A stretch of DNA of 48,552 nucleotides, filler included, from Sphacelaria rigidula (Eukaryota), in assembly GCA_964200075.2 (NCBI GenBank). It is 2 parts of 2 records of this genome, joined end to end, with 100 filler letters (N's around TTAATTAATTAA, not from the genome) between each part and the next. Parts side by side here need not be neighbours in the genome. Positions count along the whole stretch, not along the records: positions 1 to 24,245 come from CAXNAA020000215.1; 1 more part is not named here. One strand, given 5' to 3'. Below the pieces are notes generated by a model. The model made no database searches, had not been told where the DNA came from, and saw nothing but the letters and a program-made list of their open reading frames with translations. The translations under genes were made by a program, and so were the position numbers. Positions 1 through 14,000 of this stretch are shown piece by piece; position 1 is the stretch's first letter; every line of letters begins with the position of its first letter.

Positions 1-69
1 TTTGTGTTTTGTGTGTGGTGTTTGTGTGCTTGCGTGTGGTGTTGGTGGTGGGTGTGGTGGGGGGGTGGG

Positions 70-150
70 TGGGCGTATTCATTTGTTGCTCGCCTTCGTC
101 GTTTGACCATTGACCATGCAACCCTCTCGAGACGGAGCACCGTCCCTACT
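70..150 (+). repeat. Dispersed repeat fragment also present at about 23205-23290
   Basis: gcgta.tcatttgttgct...ttgacc.tt.acca.gca...cgagacggagca follows a G-run in both places. Confidence 0.7.
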
Positions 151-1659
151 ACTAATAGAGACGCCTCCAGCATTCGGGTGCTCATTACGTTTCTTCCATA
201 CATAAAACAAAGCCTGGGATCGCATCCCCGCTCTGTTTCATGGTGTGTGGCCACCATCAATCTCCTAGTATGGCCATCGTTTTCTTCCTACTATCCAATA
301 CATTAAACGATTTCATGCCACCGTCGTTTACTTCCCGCATTCCCCCCTCCTGCTTTGCCACAGGGGAGGGGGGGAGGGGTCGGGGTCCATTAGTTTGTGA
401 TGAGTGCGTTTTGGCGATGCCTTCCGCTTGTCGCAAGACTACTATTCATATGTAAAGTCGTATATACCAGACCAAAACGGCAGATGACACCCCCCATCGT
501 GTTCAAGGGTAGGGAAGGAAAACTCATTCGTACCACGGTGGGACGGGAGGGACATACTTGAATATATTGGGTGCAGTTTACACAATCTACCGGTACCCTC
601 ATGTGGTGAGTTCAATTGCCACTTGACTAGCGGGGTAGGACAGTAGGTGACACCGTGTGTCATGATGTTGGGATGCGATACGTTGAAGCTCTGAGTTGGG
701 AGGCCATATTAGATCACCATCAGCGTGACAAGTATCTTCAACGGCATTTGCACACCTCCGCCTATGACCTACGCCCTGTTTTAGCAGGCTACTGTAGACT
801 TTCACTCTGAATTTCTCCAGTCCTGATATTGGAATAAGACACCACAGGAATGTTCCAGGATACATTTCCTAATGTTGTATTGGTGGGGTAATACGGGGTG
901 AAAATCGCTTCTGCCAAGGTGTGCCACCAACCCTAGTGTGGTACGAAAACACGAGTTTTCGATTGTAGCCCAATAAATAGTGGAAGATTTGGAACACAAG
1001 TAAAGTGTAAGATTGGTCATCATGAACATCAGGATTGGTTTGACCCAGCGAGAATGTCGGGGCCCAGGTCGTCGAACTGCGTATGATTCCCGATGACCAG
1101 CCAGTCCGGGGGTCTTAGAACCTTGACCCAAGATATGATTCCCCTCCCGGAGTTTGTGCCAGGTACTGGGGTCAAAATTTGACTGCGACGAATGTTGACA
1201 ATCGGAAACCAGAAAAATCGCTGTCAACCTGAAGTTCTTCGCACAAATGATGGAACATTAAAGCTGTTTCTATCGTCGAACACCCGGAAGTTGACATTGT
1301 TGAGCCTTGTGCCCGCCGCAATTTGTACGTAGGATTTGCTCCAACTTTCATATTCGGGCTACCTTCTTGTAGCATCTCAAAACACATAAGCATCCAAGTT
1401 CATCAACCACGGACTTAGTCCACCTCGCTTTGAGGCTTGAAACGCATAACCCACACCTCATATACCCAAGTAACAAGGGTGGAATGCACTAAACTTCGTA
1501 TGACACAAAAAAGGATACTCAAAATTCTGGTCGTGGATCTACCCCCAACTTCCCCGCCTCTGCCCCCGTCTTCCAGGTTCCCAATGAAACTTTAGGCTGA
1601 ATATCGTCTCGTGAAACGAAATGTAACGCTTCCCCTCGCCTTTTTACCCCTCGACGAGG

Positions 1660-2690
1660 TTGGCAACGACAATGTAAAGCACACCACTCACTGCGTAAGC
1701 AAGGCAACCGGGTAACCGTTTTTCTTCGCTCGCGTGCGTTTTTTGCGATACCCATGATGGTGGCCGAGCTACATTATACTGTACGGGGTGGGAGAACCTC
1801 GATCCCGCGCAGAGGAGATGACCGTGCTACGTAGTGTTCAAATGGCGAGACACCCAGGAAGCAGTGTGTAGGCTGTGGCTGCCTCTGGTAGTGGCGATAC
1901 CAGAAAATGAAGCAACTAATTGGAGGCTGTCATGCATATGCAAGATAATCAGAACGATTCGAGCTGCATAAATATTAGCAGAATGGAGCTTACCTGCCAT
2001 GCGACTCGACGAACACATGACGGCGCTTCAAGGTTGGTGATTGATAGCAGGACTGTTTCGGTGAATTCCGGCGTGCTCCGTCATTTTGTAGGGATGCGAG
2101 TTCAATGGTCTCATGGTTACGAAAAGCAAGATCGTGAGTACACCTCTCCACCCCCTCACTTTTGAGATTGGCGTCTGTCGGCAACGGCACCATAAAGCAC
2201 GCCACTCACCGCGTAAGCAAGGGAATCAGGTTACCGCCTTTTCAGTCGCTTGTGTTTTTTCGCGGTAAGCATGATTGTGGTCGAGCTGGATTACATATTG
2301 TAGCTGGGTTGTATATTGTGTGGGGTGGGAAAACCTGAACTTCGCGCAAAGGGGATTATCGTACCACGTGGTGTTGAAATGGGGAGACACCTATAAGGCA
2401 GTATGTAGCCGTGGCTCTCTGGAAGTGGCGATACCAGAAAATGAAGCAACTCATTCAAGGCTGTCATCCCTATGCAAGATTGTCAGTACGCTTCGGGTCG
2501 AACAATCTTAGCAGGATGCAACTCATCCTTCATGCGACCAGCCGAATAGATCACGATGATTCGCGCTTGGTTGCGAGCCTGTTCCGGCGAAAACCCAGCG
2601 GGCTCCGCCCCGATTGTGTAGGGATGAGAAGTCGATGCCAATTTGACTACCGCATGCAAGATCATGAGCACACACACCCTCCCCGGTCAC
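1660..2690 (+). repeat. Two tandem diverged copies (about 1660-2163 and 2177-2690) of a roughly 500-bp dispersed repeat (family A)
   Basis: Shared blocks ccactcac.gcgtaagcaagg, agtggcgataccagaaaatgaagcaact, gtagggatg, gcaagatc.tgag. Confidence 0.9.
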
Positions 2691-2722
2691 ATTCAATCTG
2701 TTTCACACTCATTCCTCCACAC

Positions 2723-4037
2723 CTGTAACCCTCCAGCGTCGTGTAGATGCGCGAGCCAGGCGGCTTCTCACTGTAGGTGGTGAAGGTGCGGCTGGTGCCC
2801 GACAACTTGAGGTCCTTCATTTCTTTGCTGCTGAATTCCACCTCCTTCTTTTGAAGCTCATAGAAGAGGTCGTGCATCTTCTGGCCCTTCTCCACCTGTT
2901 GTACGCAAAACACACAAGTCAACAAGAGGACAAAGATTCCCCACAGGACAGCTAAGATGATGATTGTCTACACTGCGGAAGAGTTCGCATTTCGAGATCC
3001 AACAGCACGTTTGCATTGGGATACAAAGATTGGAATAAATATTTGGCAGTCACAAAATTGGCCACAAGAATCATGAGGCCCCTGTGAGGTGCTTGCGTCA
3101 AAGGCCAGTTGTATTTGGCCCAGACCGCGGCTACGGCGTATGCAGGACGGTACCACTGCATGACACAAAGCTCGACGATTTGTCTAACGACGTTCGAGAT
3201 TAGGAGCCTACACTTTTAGAGAGGTGCACATAGTAAATTCGAAGCTAATGGCTACCATGAGATTCCCGAACCATAAGTATTTGAGGTCTGAATCATTTCA
3301 TTGTATATCGGGAAAAAAACATGTCGCCCAGGTCTGCGGGATATAACTGAAAAAAACGGAAGTCATAGCCTTCAATTTTCAGATGCGCCTCTATCCTCAG
3401 AATCCCAGCTCCTGATTGCCACACCTCGCGTGAGGAGTCCACGTATACTCTCCAGGGCGTAGAAATACCGTAAATTAATGTGATGCTTCTCCGGTTTATT
3501 TCGAGCGGCGACAAGTTAAGAGCCGAAATAGGTACAATCGTTCTTGCCTCAATGTCGGCTATACGTCCACCAACTGTGAGTACATTGAAGCAGGAATTCG
3601 AGTATTCGACTGTTGTGCCTAGCTCCCATCAACGGGTACCGTCACCAGGTCGTTTTTGATGTACCACGATGATGTGAAATTAGAAAAAGATTATGGATGA
3701 CCCATTAGACCGCGCGACGCACTCCAGGTTGACTACACGGCTGCAGGAAGCTCACCTGTTGCGACACTTTTGGGGGCCGAGTAGTGGGACGGGCCTGTAG
3801 AATGGGCAGTACTACAAGCGACCCAAGCACCATCACTTGCATAGTACAGCGCCACGACCCGTAGGTTGTGTTCATCGGTCCTACTTCACACCGGCTGTGA
3901 TTCGCTCTTGTTGGGTACTGATGATCATGAGTACATGCTTGGACGATACTACTGCTGAGCATGGGTAAATGCTTGTGCACTTCGCTCACCTTGTCTCTTT
4001 CACAGAAACTCCAAGGTAAACTTTCGGGCGTGGCGAT
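2723..4037 (-). CDS. Three exons (4037-3990, 3794-3756, 2895-2723) of an unidentified protein; either downstream exons of the Tudor gene or a separate gene
   Basis: Exon 2895-2723 has acceptor ..tacaacag, donor GTGTGG and strong coding bias (VEKGQKMHDLFYELQKKEVEFSSKEMKDLKLSG...). The two small exons have GTGAGC donors and phase 0/0. Confidence 0.55.
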
Positions 4038-5221
4038 CTGGGCCGAATTAGTAATCTGGACCGCCTGATTACATTCAGTAATTTCGCCTGACCAAATGTT
4101 TTACGGGGGTAAATCTGGTCAGTATACCAAAGTTAGGACCACCGGAGACTAACTATAACGTGAATTTGATTCATGACGCATGAACGATGGGAAAGGAGAC
4201 GGCTCGTTTGATTCATGCGTATGAATGACAGGGGAAATGCGTACGCGTGATTCATGATGTACGGCCGCAAGCTGGGAATATGTACCCCTCGATTAATGAC
4301 GTATTAATGAAAGGCGGAAACGTGTACGCACTGAACATATACATATGGTTCATGACGCATGAATCAACGGCGCGAAGCTTGGCTGTATGTTTCATGCTGT
4401 ATTAATCACAAATGGGAAACGAATACGCATGATCCATGTCGTCTGAATCGCAAGCGAGAAAAATGTACCTTCGAGGGTGTACCGCAGAAATCACGAACGG
4501 GATTGAGGCCATCCGAGACTGGCTCCCAACTATCAGTCATATGGCATGAACCATGTGCATATATTTCCCACCTGCTAGTCGCACTGCATTTGTCATGTGT
4601 GCATATTCCTCACACGCATTTCATACGGCATGCACCATAAATACATAATTCCCACTCGCTATTCGTGCGAAATGAATCAAATCGACGTTTTTCCCATCAG
4701 TGATTTGTACAGGTGTGATTCGTACACGTTTCGTACACTTCATCCGTCGGAGCGCACAACACGCGAACCCATTCGTTATTCGTGCAATGCTACCTCGAAG
4801 ATATATTTTTCATCTGTTTTTTGTATGTGATGGTTCTTGGACAAATGGAACGCACTCGGCAGTCGTGACGACTCAACTGCTGCGAATTTTCATTCGCCAT
4901 ACGTGTGAAAACGTTGTCAACTGGCAGAATATCTGCAGATGTCTTGGAAAGTTGGCTTTGAATTCGCATATACCTGAGAAAGTTTCGAAAGCTCAACCTC
5001 CTTTGACTCTCTTCGGTTCCAGCACTGGAAATAACCCGACATGCCGTGTTTTCGAAAGCAGTTCACGCGATTGTTTGAACCTAGTTACTTGTATGTTCAT
5101 GCCTAACCTGACATGAGCGCATGCGCGAAAAATATAGATACCGACCGGACCTCGACATGCCCCCACATATGTGCCGCCCTGCATTTATACCTTCGATCTT
5201 CCCGTGCTGCGTGTGTACGTC

Positions 5222-6322
5222 CAGGGTGGGCCGCCTAAGAAGCGGACTTTCCTTCGACGATTCTAACTGACTATCTATCGCGAGATGTCCCTACTACGAC
5301 ACATCGTGGTAGTCTGCAAATCAACGCGTCTTTCACTTCACGTAGCACTGCGATCTGACAAGTTCCCATCAAACGAAATACCAAACTGCAGTCAGCTGCG
5401 AAGTGCAGAGAGTTGAAGGTCGCATGTGCGGCGGAGTTAAGAAAAAATAACGGCTGAAATCGCATTTACGGTTACAGTCCGTCTTGCCGCGGCCGCAAGT
5501 GATGGTGCTGCTTTAGTTGTGGTTGTACAACAAAGCATGTCGTACTGTAGGCACGCAGCGTCTGAGATGGCACACAGACGAGGTCTCCAGCGCGCCAAGG
5601 CGTCGCGCTTGAAGAAAACGTAGTCCCGGCTGTGGCTATTGTACTCTAAAAGCAAGTGAACCGGTTCTCGACAGAAAAACGCGATTTCACTGCTCAATTT
5701 GAAGTTGTTTTCGATAAAATTTCGACACGATATACATGGTGAATATGTGAATCCCCTACCGTTTGCCCCCTCTTTTTTTCATTTCTCCTCGTGTGTTATT
5801 GGTGATATAATTTTCGGAACATTTTTTCTGGTGCAAAAGCGTCGACAACTCATGAAACAAAACAAAAAATGTCAAGGGGGGACAATAGGGAGTTCATAAC
5901 ATACCACATGCGCATCGTGTCGAAATTTCGTGAAAAAATACTCAAAACTCAACAGCATAACCGCGTTTCATTTTTTCGTGGCTGGTCCATCTCCACATAG
6001 GAACCAGTCTTGGACACGAACACGCGATTTAGCAGATTCAATTCAGGTTGTTTTCAATGAATATTTGACACGATGTCAGGATCACCTTTTCCACCCTACA
6101 ATTTCGTTTTTTCTCCGTGAGTTTTTGGCAAACAAACATTTCAGAACAGTTTTTCGGAACAAAATCGCAAATAAAAAAAAAAAAAAAATGTAGGGTGGAA
6201 ATGATGGCGTCTTCGCACATACATCCTGTACATCGTGTCATAATTTCATAGAATACGACCTGAAATTCAGCTGCTAAATCGCGTGTTAACATCCATGTCC
6301 GCGTCTTAGGCGGCCCAGCCTG
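5222..6322. mobile_element. Non-autonomous TIR DNA element with CAGG...CCTG ends (hAT-like termini)
   Basis: Left cagggtgggccgcctaagaagcggac vs reverse complement of right caggctgggccgcctaagacgcggac (24/26); no clear TSD. Confidence 0.75.
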
Positions 6323-6639
6323 TATCCAATAAAAACTCGTCCATTCCGTTACTGTCTAAACCTACAGTTACATGGTACTGTAACAGGGTTCGGGAAGGAT
6401 CGAGTCGCCTAGTATTCGTTGCGAGTCACCCTCATTTTGGATATTTGACGTATCGTGTATGCATACATACTTTACTTAACGGGGGCCAAAACGTGATACG
6501 AGGAAAGCACCGAACTCGGAGTGGGAAGCGACACTGGTCGGAGAGCAACGATTTCAGCAGTATAGTTTGCTTTGCTTTGCCTCTTTTCTCCTTTTTTTAT
6601 TTTTGCACGTCTCAATCTCCCATGTTTTTCTGTTGTACT

Positions 6640-6760
6640 TCTGTTCTTTCGTCTTCTTCAGCGAGTGTTTCACTTTTGTTTCGTCTTGGGTGAGTCAATC
6701 CGGTGACCACGGCTGGATCCCTGGGGGGTCAGCTAAAGTGCGACAATCAATCAATCAACA
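6640..6760 (+). mobile_element. Probable 3' tail of a non-LTR retroelement ending in (CAAT)n
   Basis: ..ccggtgaccacggctggatcc..gtcagctaaagtgcgacaatcaatcaatcaac; a short tandem-repeat tail is typical of LINE/SINE 3' ends. Confidence 0.4.
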
Positions 6761-7948
6761 TCTCATCACATTGGTATATTACAACTTTACAGTGCACAGT
6801 AAGCACGAGTACACGGACTACAGAACTGCGTACAAGACTATTCAACCATAAGATATGAGTTTTTCACATGCACGTGATATGTTCTGCGTTTGTCATTCTT
6901 TTAGCATACTTCGTCGAACGTCGCGAACACATATCCACGTATACAACAAACACTTTGCGCTGTTCGAAGAGAACTTTGTGTTGCGTGCTTTCATCTGCGT
7001 ACACGATGCAGCCACCATTTGCCCGCACTTTGGTTTGGGGACCATGCTAGTGTTTTTCGTGCGCATTTCACCTGTGCCGAACACTAATCGTACGAATATT
7101 GCACATGCCGCGGACATGACACGATGCTTGATGTACACACGCTAGATACTGCTCTGAAAGTGAATCTGGCCGCCTTGTTTTACCAATGGTCCTCCATACA
7201 GCAGGAATCTGAGAAGGTTCGGGGAAGTACTTCCGAACACGCAGACATTCACCAACCTTCGGAAAAGTTCTTCCAAACCAACAGATATCTGCCAACGTTC
7301 AGTAGTCATGATATACTTGAAGATATCTTCGGTTGAGTTGCTCTAAACTGACGAAGAACTACGGACGTTCGGAGAAGCTGTTCTAGTGAACATATTTCCA
7401 ATATACGCTGAGCACATACGTCCTAGGGAACAGGTATGTTACTGATGTTGGGCACATGACGTTCTGGAGTGAACAGCTCTTTCATGCCGTGTAGTGTCGT
7501 CTGTGTGCAATCTCCTGCAGTTCAGAGTTCAGACTGTCGGTCAAGAATACCGCAGGATGGTCAATGCTTCCAAGTCCATGTTCCGGCCGAGGAAGCTCTC
7601 TGCGGATTCTGGCTCGAAAGGAACGACATGCGTGTTGGTCGGATTATTTTACAGCGATGGGAATCCATGTTTGGTGTGCCCATGTGAAGCCTCCAAATTC
7701 AACACTGGCGGACTTTCATGTCTAGCACGTGTACAATTTGACGACGCGAAGCAAACGAGACATGACCAGAAGGCCCACGATGAATGATATGAAACACAAA
7801 AAATGATGAGAGAAACTGCACGAATAGAGATCGCAGAAACTCAGTAGAACAAATGGAACCGCCCGACGAAAATGGAACAGGACAACAGAGCTGAAATATC
7901 CAAATATGAACCTCCCAGAGGAGACACAACGGATAAACGTATGCTCAC

Positions 7949-8041
7949 CTCTGCCTCGGTCAGATCTTCTTCGTCGCCATCTTCGTATTTGACATGCCAC
8001 AGCGCAGGTTCACCTTTCGCCTCTGGACGGTACTTCACCAC
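7949..8041 (-). CDS. Exon: C-terminal half of Tudor-like domain 3 (VVKYRPEAKGEPALWHVKYEDGDEEDLTEAE)
   Basis: Acceptor ..aatactag, donor GTGAGC, 93 nt, phase 0/0; completes the domain begun in exon 10361-10473. Confidence 0.85.
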
Positions 8042-11000
8042 CTAGTATTGACGAAAAGCCACAATATGACACCTTTAACCCCTCCCCTTACGAAGAGCCG
8101 TAGTATCAAGGGATCGAATCCTCTCTCACGGCAAACGCCTTGCAGCCTAGTATGACAGATTGAACCATCACCATCAGCATTCCAGTATCTCGTCAACTAT
8201 CGTCGAATAAATTTTCTCGCAGTTCACGTTCTGACGTTCTTAGCGACGGATGTCGGGTACTTGGCGAGAGAAAAACTCTGATGCATCCGCCAATAATCAA
8301 ATCCGCACTTCCCCAGGCCTTTGTTCCGCATGAGTTTTCATCTTAAAATCAAGCATTTTCATTTTTTTCAATGAGTTTTTTTTTCAGAAGCCTCACTTTA
8401 ACTCTTTCAGCGCAAAGTAGGCGCGCTTTACGCGCCTTATTCGCGTCCTTGTTGTGGCAGTATCCCTTCACGAGGCGCGCATTCTAGCATAAGGAGAAGA
8501 CGATAAGTTGGGCATTCGAAGTTTGATGTTCAATTTCGATCAAGAAATGAAACTTTTCTTCTTTGAGTTTGAAGATCACAACCTGTACACCTATGTTATA
8601 ACCTACCCACGGGAACAAAAATCCACCATACTTACGATGCATGACACAGCAGTAGGGCATTGCAGCCTCTGGACATAAGGAATTGCAGCCTTCGGCATCT
8701 CGCCCGGCAAGCTACAAGCTGCAAGTTACCGCCCCCCCGCCCCTCCATCATCTACCGTCAGTCGACACTGAAAATCTTGCCCAACGACCGGTACCGATAG
8801 TACTTGATCATAAGCGCGGATTCGATCCCGTCACCTCACGCCTTTTCTTGCCAGGGAGTTCAAGCACCCCCTAAAAATCGAAAGCATTCGCTCTATAGAC
8901 GCGGAAGATGGCTCGGTACGTGCAATATCCATCGCCACGGGATACCAACTGGGAAGCCCATCCTTGTTGTCCCAAAACGACAGCTAACCGTACCATGCGT
9001 GCGCGCCTGAGGCCGCGACCAAAAATACGTCCTCCTCGGACGGTAGGTCTGCCAGGATCTCGGGGGTTACAACCGAGAAAACAGCAAGCTGGAGGACCTC
9101 GTTTCCGGTTTAGTCCGGATGCTGCTTCATATTAACGAAGTCGATGAGCTTGGCATAGGGTTAGGGATATCACGTATCACCACTTCTCACTGCTACTGCT
9201 GCTGTACTATAGCTGTAAGCTGTACAAGTGTACTAGTCTCAAACCACATTATTGAAAACAGCATAGTACCACGTATATAGAATATAAACTGGAACCCTTC
9301 GCTGATCAAACCCGCAACAAAATAGGAACATGAAACGCGGCCATCGAAGTTCGACGTATTGAAGCCTGACGGCCTGTCTGGTGACGAGTAACGCCACACC
9401 GAGCACTTGCGGGCAGCTGCTAGAGTGGCTGCAGGAGGCGCATGAACAATTATCGCACCTCTATGAGCGCTTTTTCAAGCATATCAAGCTCAGAGTCTTG
9501 GTACGATAGCCCCACTCCAGAACTAGCCCAAAAGTGTCACGAAAAAATTGGTCACAAAGCGCCTGATGTTTGGTTTGAGGTTGCATGAAGCGCCTGATAC
9601 GGGCGACATTGGCGAAAATGAACCCAAGTGTGAGAGTTCCCAATTGCTCCTTGTGCTCTACCGTTTTCATTTCGATTCACGTGTAGATTTTGCTTCCCCA
9701 AACCAGCCACTTTTTTTTTTGGGGGGGGGGGGGGGGGAGCCATGGCGGGAAGTGTCCTCATGATGGGCTTAAAAACACGATTATTTGAGCTCAAAAAACC
9801 CAAATTAAGCTAAACTTTGTGCGCTCATACGGAACAAAACCCTACATTTTCCCCGATCTAATGATATCGCTTGTACCATTAGGCCACCGGGGCGCGGCTA
9901 TGTGTGCTGGGGAGAGCGGGGGTGCAGTGTGCATGCAAGCAAGTTTTCACGTGTGGAGTCACGAGCATTCCGGTGTGTTTCTGCATGCGGGGGTCATGTG
10001 TACGGGGTATGGGTGTGTGGGTGCGACAGCTATGCGCACGCAACGAGGTACCAGTCGTACCGTATCACGTGTAGAACAAGAGTACCGGGCATTGTTGCTA
10101 GACGCATTGTTGCTAGACACGTACATCGATGCCGTCAGAGGCCGTGCATTGCACGAACGGCTACTTCAGCACGGCATACGAGGAAGATGAAAGAATACAC
10201 ACAAAAATAAGTTTCAACACACCAACACAATACAATGTAATACGATAACGGTACCGCCATACCGCAAGCGTAGCAAGCATACATCCTACAGTGCCATAGA
10301 CCTTGTTTCCTGTACGCTGGCGCAACACCTCACACTGACTGTCTACGGTGACGCACGTACCTTGCCGTCGAATTCTCCCTGCGGGAACTTCTTGCGCACA
10401 TGAGTCCCAACCAGACCCTTGCCGCCGGCAGCGTTCGTCTTTGTCTTCTTGGGGGGTCGCCCGCGGCCCTTGCCTACAACAGGACAGCATGCATATCAAT
10501 ATAATCATCGTCATATATATCACCATCCTTATCACCATCACCAGTAACAAGTGTTAGTATCACCGAGTGAGAGTCGGCTTCGTTAGGTGACACATTTGTG
10601 CTCGCACGTGGGCCGTGATACTGTGTTCAATCCCTGTATTCGCTGTTCGGGTCATTTGCTACTGTAGCGCATGTTTACTGTACTGCTGCACTGTACCCAT
10701 CAACGCCCGTTACTCTTCCCGCATGTGTGATGTACATAGAGAAGACGAAAGCGGATTCTTGCACAAAGGAAGGGGCAAAATACAAGGGGCATACCCACCA
10801 AAGTTTCAGACAAGGAGGACCAATATAACAGTCAAAACGCGATCACGGGAGCTGCCGATGCCGAGCCCAGACCACTCCAACTGAATCCCGACGCGAAAGC
10901 AACACGCCGAGAGCCCATGCATAGCTTGTAAACCAACTTTCGAAACATATCGGGCGCGATTTAGGACCAGACAGCACCGCGGGTAACCAGAGCTTCACAA

Positions 11001-14000
11001 GGTACCCACTGCTGTCCAAAACTCAGGCGAGCATACCCTCCATCACCTACAATTTTCATCTCGTCCCTTTCTTGTCCACTCCTATCTCAATCGATATCCG
11101 AAATATGCCCACTCATGACCACTCTCGGGTCTTCAAAACCACCCTCCACGTCACCGCACCGCAAATCATCGAATGGTCTACAGTAGTGGGCAGTCTAACT
11201 ATTCATTTTGTGGCATTTTGTGATTTTTTCGTAATTAGCGATTTTCTTGGGCTCTTTTCGCTTGCTACCGCTGATCACGTGAAGGATCTGAAGATATTTT
11301 TATCCGCTCCACATTCCCAAAAAAAACATCTATACTCGATATTGAGCGCCTTACGGGCTAACCAGTCATCGAGGGCCCTGCCACGTTTCAGTCCAGATTC
11401 TTACTGTTATATATTTTCGGTCGATTGAGCCGATCTCGATCATATTTCAAAATAAATGTAAAGTTTCATTTTTTTGAAATTGTACCCACTCCTGATAAAT
11501 GGGGGTATTTACTCCTATCACCCGATAACACCAACTAACACTGACTTGAGCACTGTGTTTCGAGGATGATATGTTTACTGTACCAAAATCTATCGACGCT
11601 GACTATTTCGAGTTCAATCGAAGAGTCGTACGCGAGGAAACCCCCCCCAAAAAAACTGAATAGTGGGGCCGCCCACTACTGTGAGAACGTCTCCAACGCT
11701 TCTTTTCAACTCTTGGTACGGTCTGCAGATCGGAAACCACGCCCTAACTTATTTTCCACCACACACAAACGAAACCCTTGCGCGGCGATGAACACACGAC
11801 GCGCGCGCAAACGGTACAACAAAATGAAGCCAACGGAACACAACGAAAGATTGCTCCGACGTTCCCGGCTTGTGATTCATCACCAGGACAGGAGGGTATG
11901 CAAATTATTTGAAACGTCTTGAGATCGAGTTTTCAGCCGAGGGTAAGGAAATTATCCGAAGAAGGCACACGCGCAATTACGGGGTAGCTAGAGCAGAGAT
12001 ACACAGGATACTAATGAGTTATTATGTGCAGAGCGATTGTGGCCCATGGGGCGGTGGGAAAACGCTTCACATGACAAGTTACTGCGGAAACTGACCATTG
12101 GGGAACCTGAGGTACATCAAATTGTGAAGCGCAATAATTATGCGCTTAACTCGTTGGAGGTTCCCTCCCGTGCATCCCAACATGTGAGGGGTCGTCTAAT
12201 CTCATCGTGACGATCACCATGAGAGAGATGTACCAGGTTTTCACACCTCTTGAAAGTAATATGATATTCCCGAACATGCACGCACCAAGATGAGGGCACC
12301 CGCCCACATGATGCCTGCCACCATCATTTTGGGACAAAGCAGCCGCCGCTGTACGTCGTGTACAGCTATGTGCCATCTCGGTAATGCCCCAACCCATGCT
12401 TGCATGTACTGTACGATGCCCTGTCTTTCCTCCCGTTCTGCATGTGCCCTGTACACTATCCCGCTGCCGTTGGCGCATGTATGGACCATCTATACTGTTG
12501 CGCAGCGATACCGACTATGTTGTACAGTTGCTCCACCTTGCGCATTACGTTCGCCGCCTATTCCGCGTTGTGTGCAGCCGTACTCTATGCACTATCTGTA
12601 CCGTCAAATGAGGCGTATTCGATTAACCCTTTCTCTGACGGACTCGATCTCCCCTAAAAAAAATGGTCTTCTCTTCTCGACTAGATGGGCGGGAAAAGCT
12701 CATCCGGAAAAAAATCTCCCCGTCTCGGACAAAGCTTCTCCCAGAAGGAGTCTGATGAAAAAATATTGAAAAAAACCATGCCGAAAAATCCACAGTATTT
12801 TTTACAGAGATGTTTCCTCGGGACTACAAAAGCCGACCTCACATCCTCACGTTTTCAACGACAGAAATGTATGTGTATATATACATATATCTTGACTTAG
12901 AAACAAAAAAAAATTCTTCCGGTAACCGAACCCGCAGCCGTCCGACCTATTGGCTGTAGATGTACCACTAGACCACCGTGGTGCGATAAGTGTATTCGAC
13001 GGGGGATATTCCACTCCTGCATAAAAAATCCACCTTTTCATTCCTAGAGTTGAGGGAACGGCCCCGTACTTTGCAGGGAACCCTGTGCTTTGCCAGCGCC
13101 ACTGTTACCGTGCTTCAACATAAAACCGAGTCGGAACACTTCGTGCTCCTCGCCACCCACCCCCGGGGATTTTCTTTCCTCGAAAATCGATTATACTCAC
13201 CTTTCTTCCGCTTGCCAGAGGCGCCTTCAATTTCCTCGTCGCTGTCCCCTTCACTGTTAGCATCATCATTATCCACTTTCACCTGGGATCCCACCGCGTC
13301 TTCCGACCTCGCGGCGAGGGTCTCGTACAACACCAACGCCTCCTCCATCTCTGACTCAGAGAGCTCTTCCTCGTCCCCATCCTCGTACCTATCCCAGCAC
13401 AGGTTTCACAAATCACACAGAACCAGAGACACAGAAAATAAGCCGCCAAGTATCCTACTCTCGAACCAGAACCGTGTAAGACGAGATTGTAGTATCACGT
13501 CCGCATCGTGTCCGTCCCCGTGCCGTATAAGCGTTAGTAATCACATTGACAACGGAGCAAAACGAGGCCTTGGCGTACCGTACATATCGCGCCAATATGT
13601 CAGCATAAACTACGACCAAGGAGAATTTTCCGGATCTTACGTCGGCGTTGAATTTCCTAGCCTTCGGAATCCCGGGTCGTTAGTTGTCACTAATGGTGAT
13701 AAGAGACTATCGACAAAATGAGGCATTCGTGCTGGCTACAGCACAGAGCGAAACACACCCTAAACCTATACCGAACCCTGAGATACGACATGAAGCACGA
13801 TTGCGAACAGCTCTTGTGCGTGTGCCCCGTGATTGGAATGCCCCGGGTAAGACTTGAGGCTTTCGCGGCGCACTGGGCCTTGTGAGAAACTGTCGGCATC
13901 ACACAGGACTCGAGCCGACTAAAAACCCACCGAGACTTGAAAATACAGAATCTATCGCACACACCAAATGCGAAAAAGGGACGGAAAAACAACCAACCTG

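Noticed and set aside
12041..12064. Walker A-like GPWGGGKT
   Set aside because: In a 61-aa ORF with no preceding hydrophobic strand or Walker B; likely chance or too decayed to call
12990..13721. 243-aa plus-strand ORF
   Set aside because: Ser-rich antisense shadow of the acidic minus-strand exon 13201-13388
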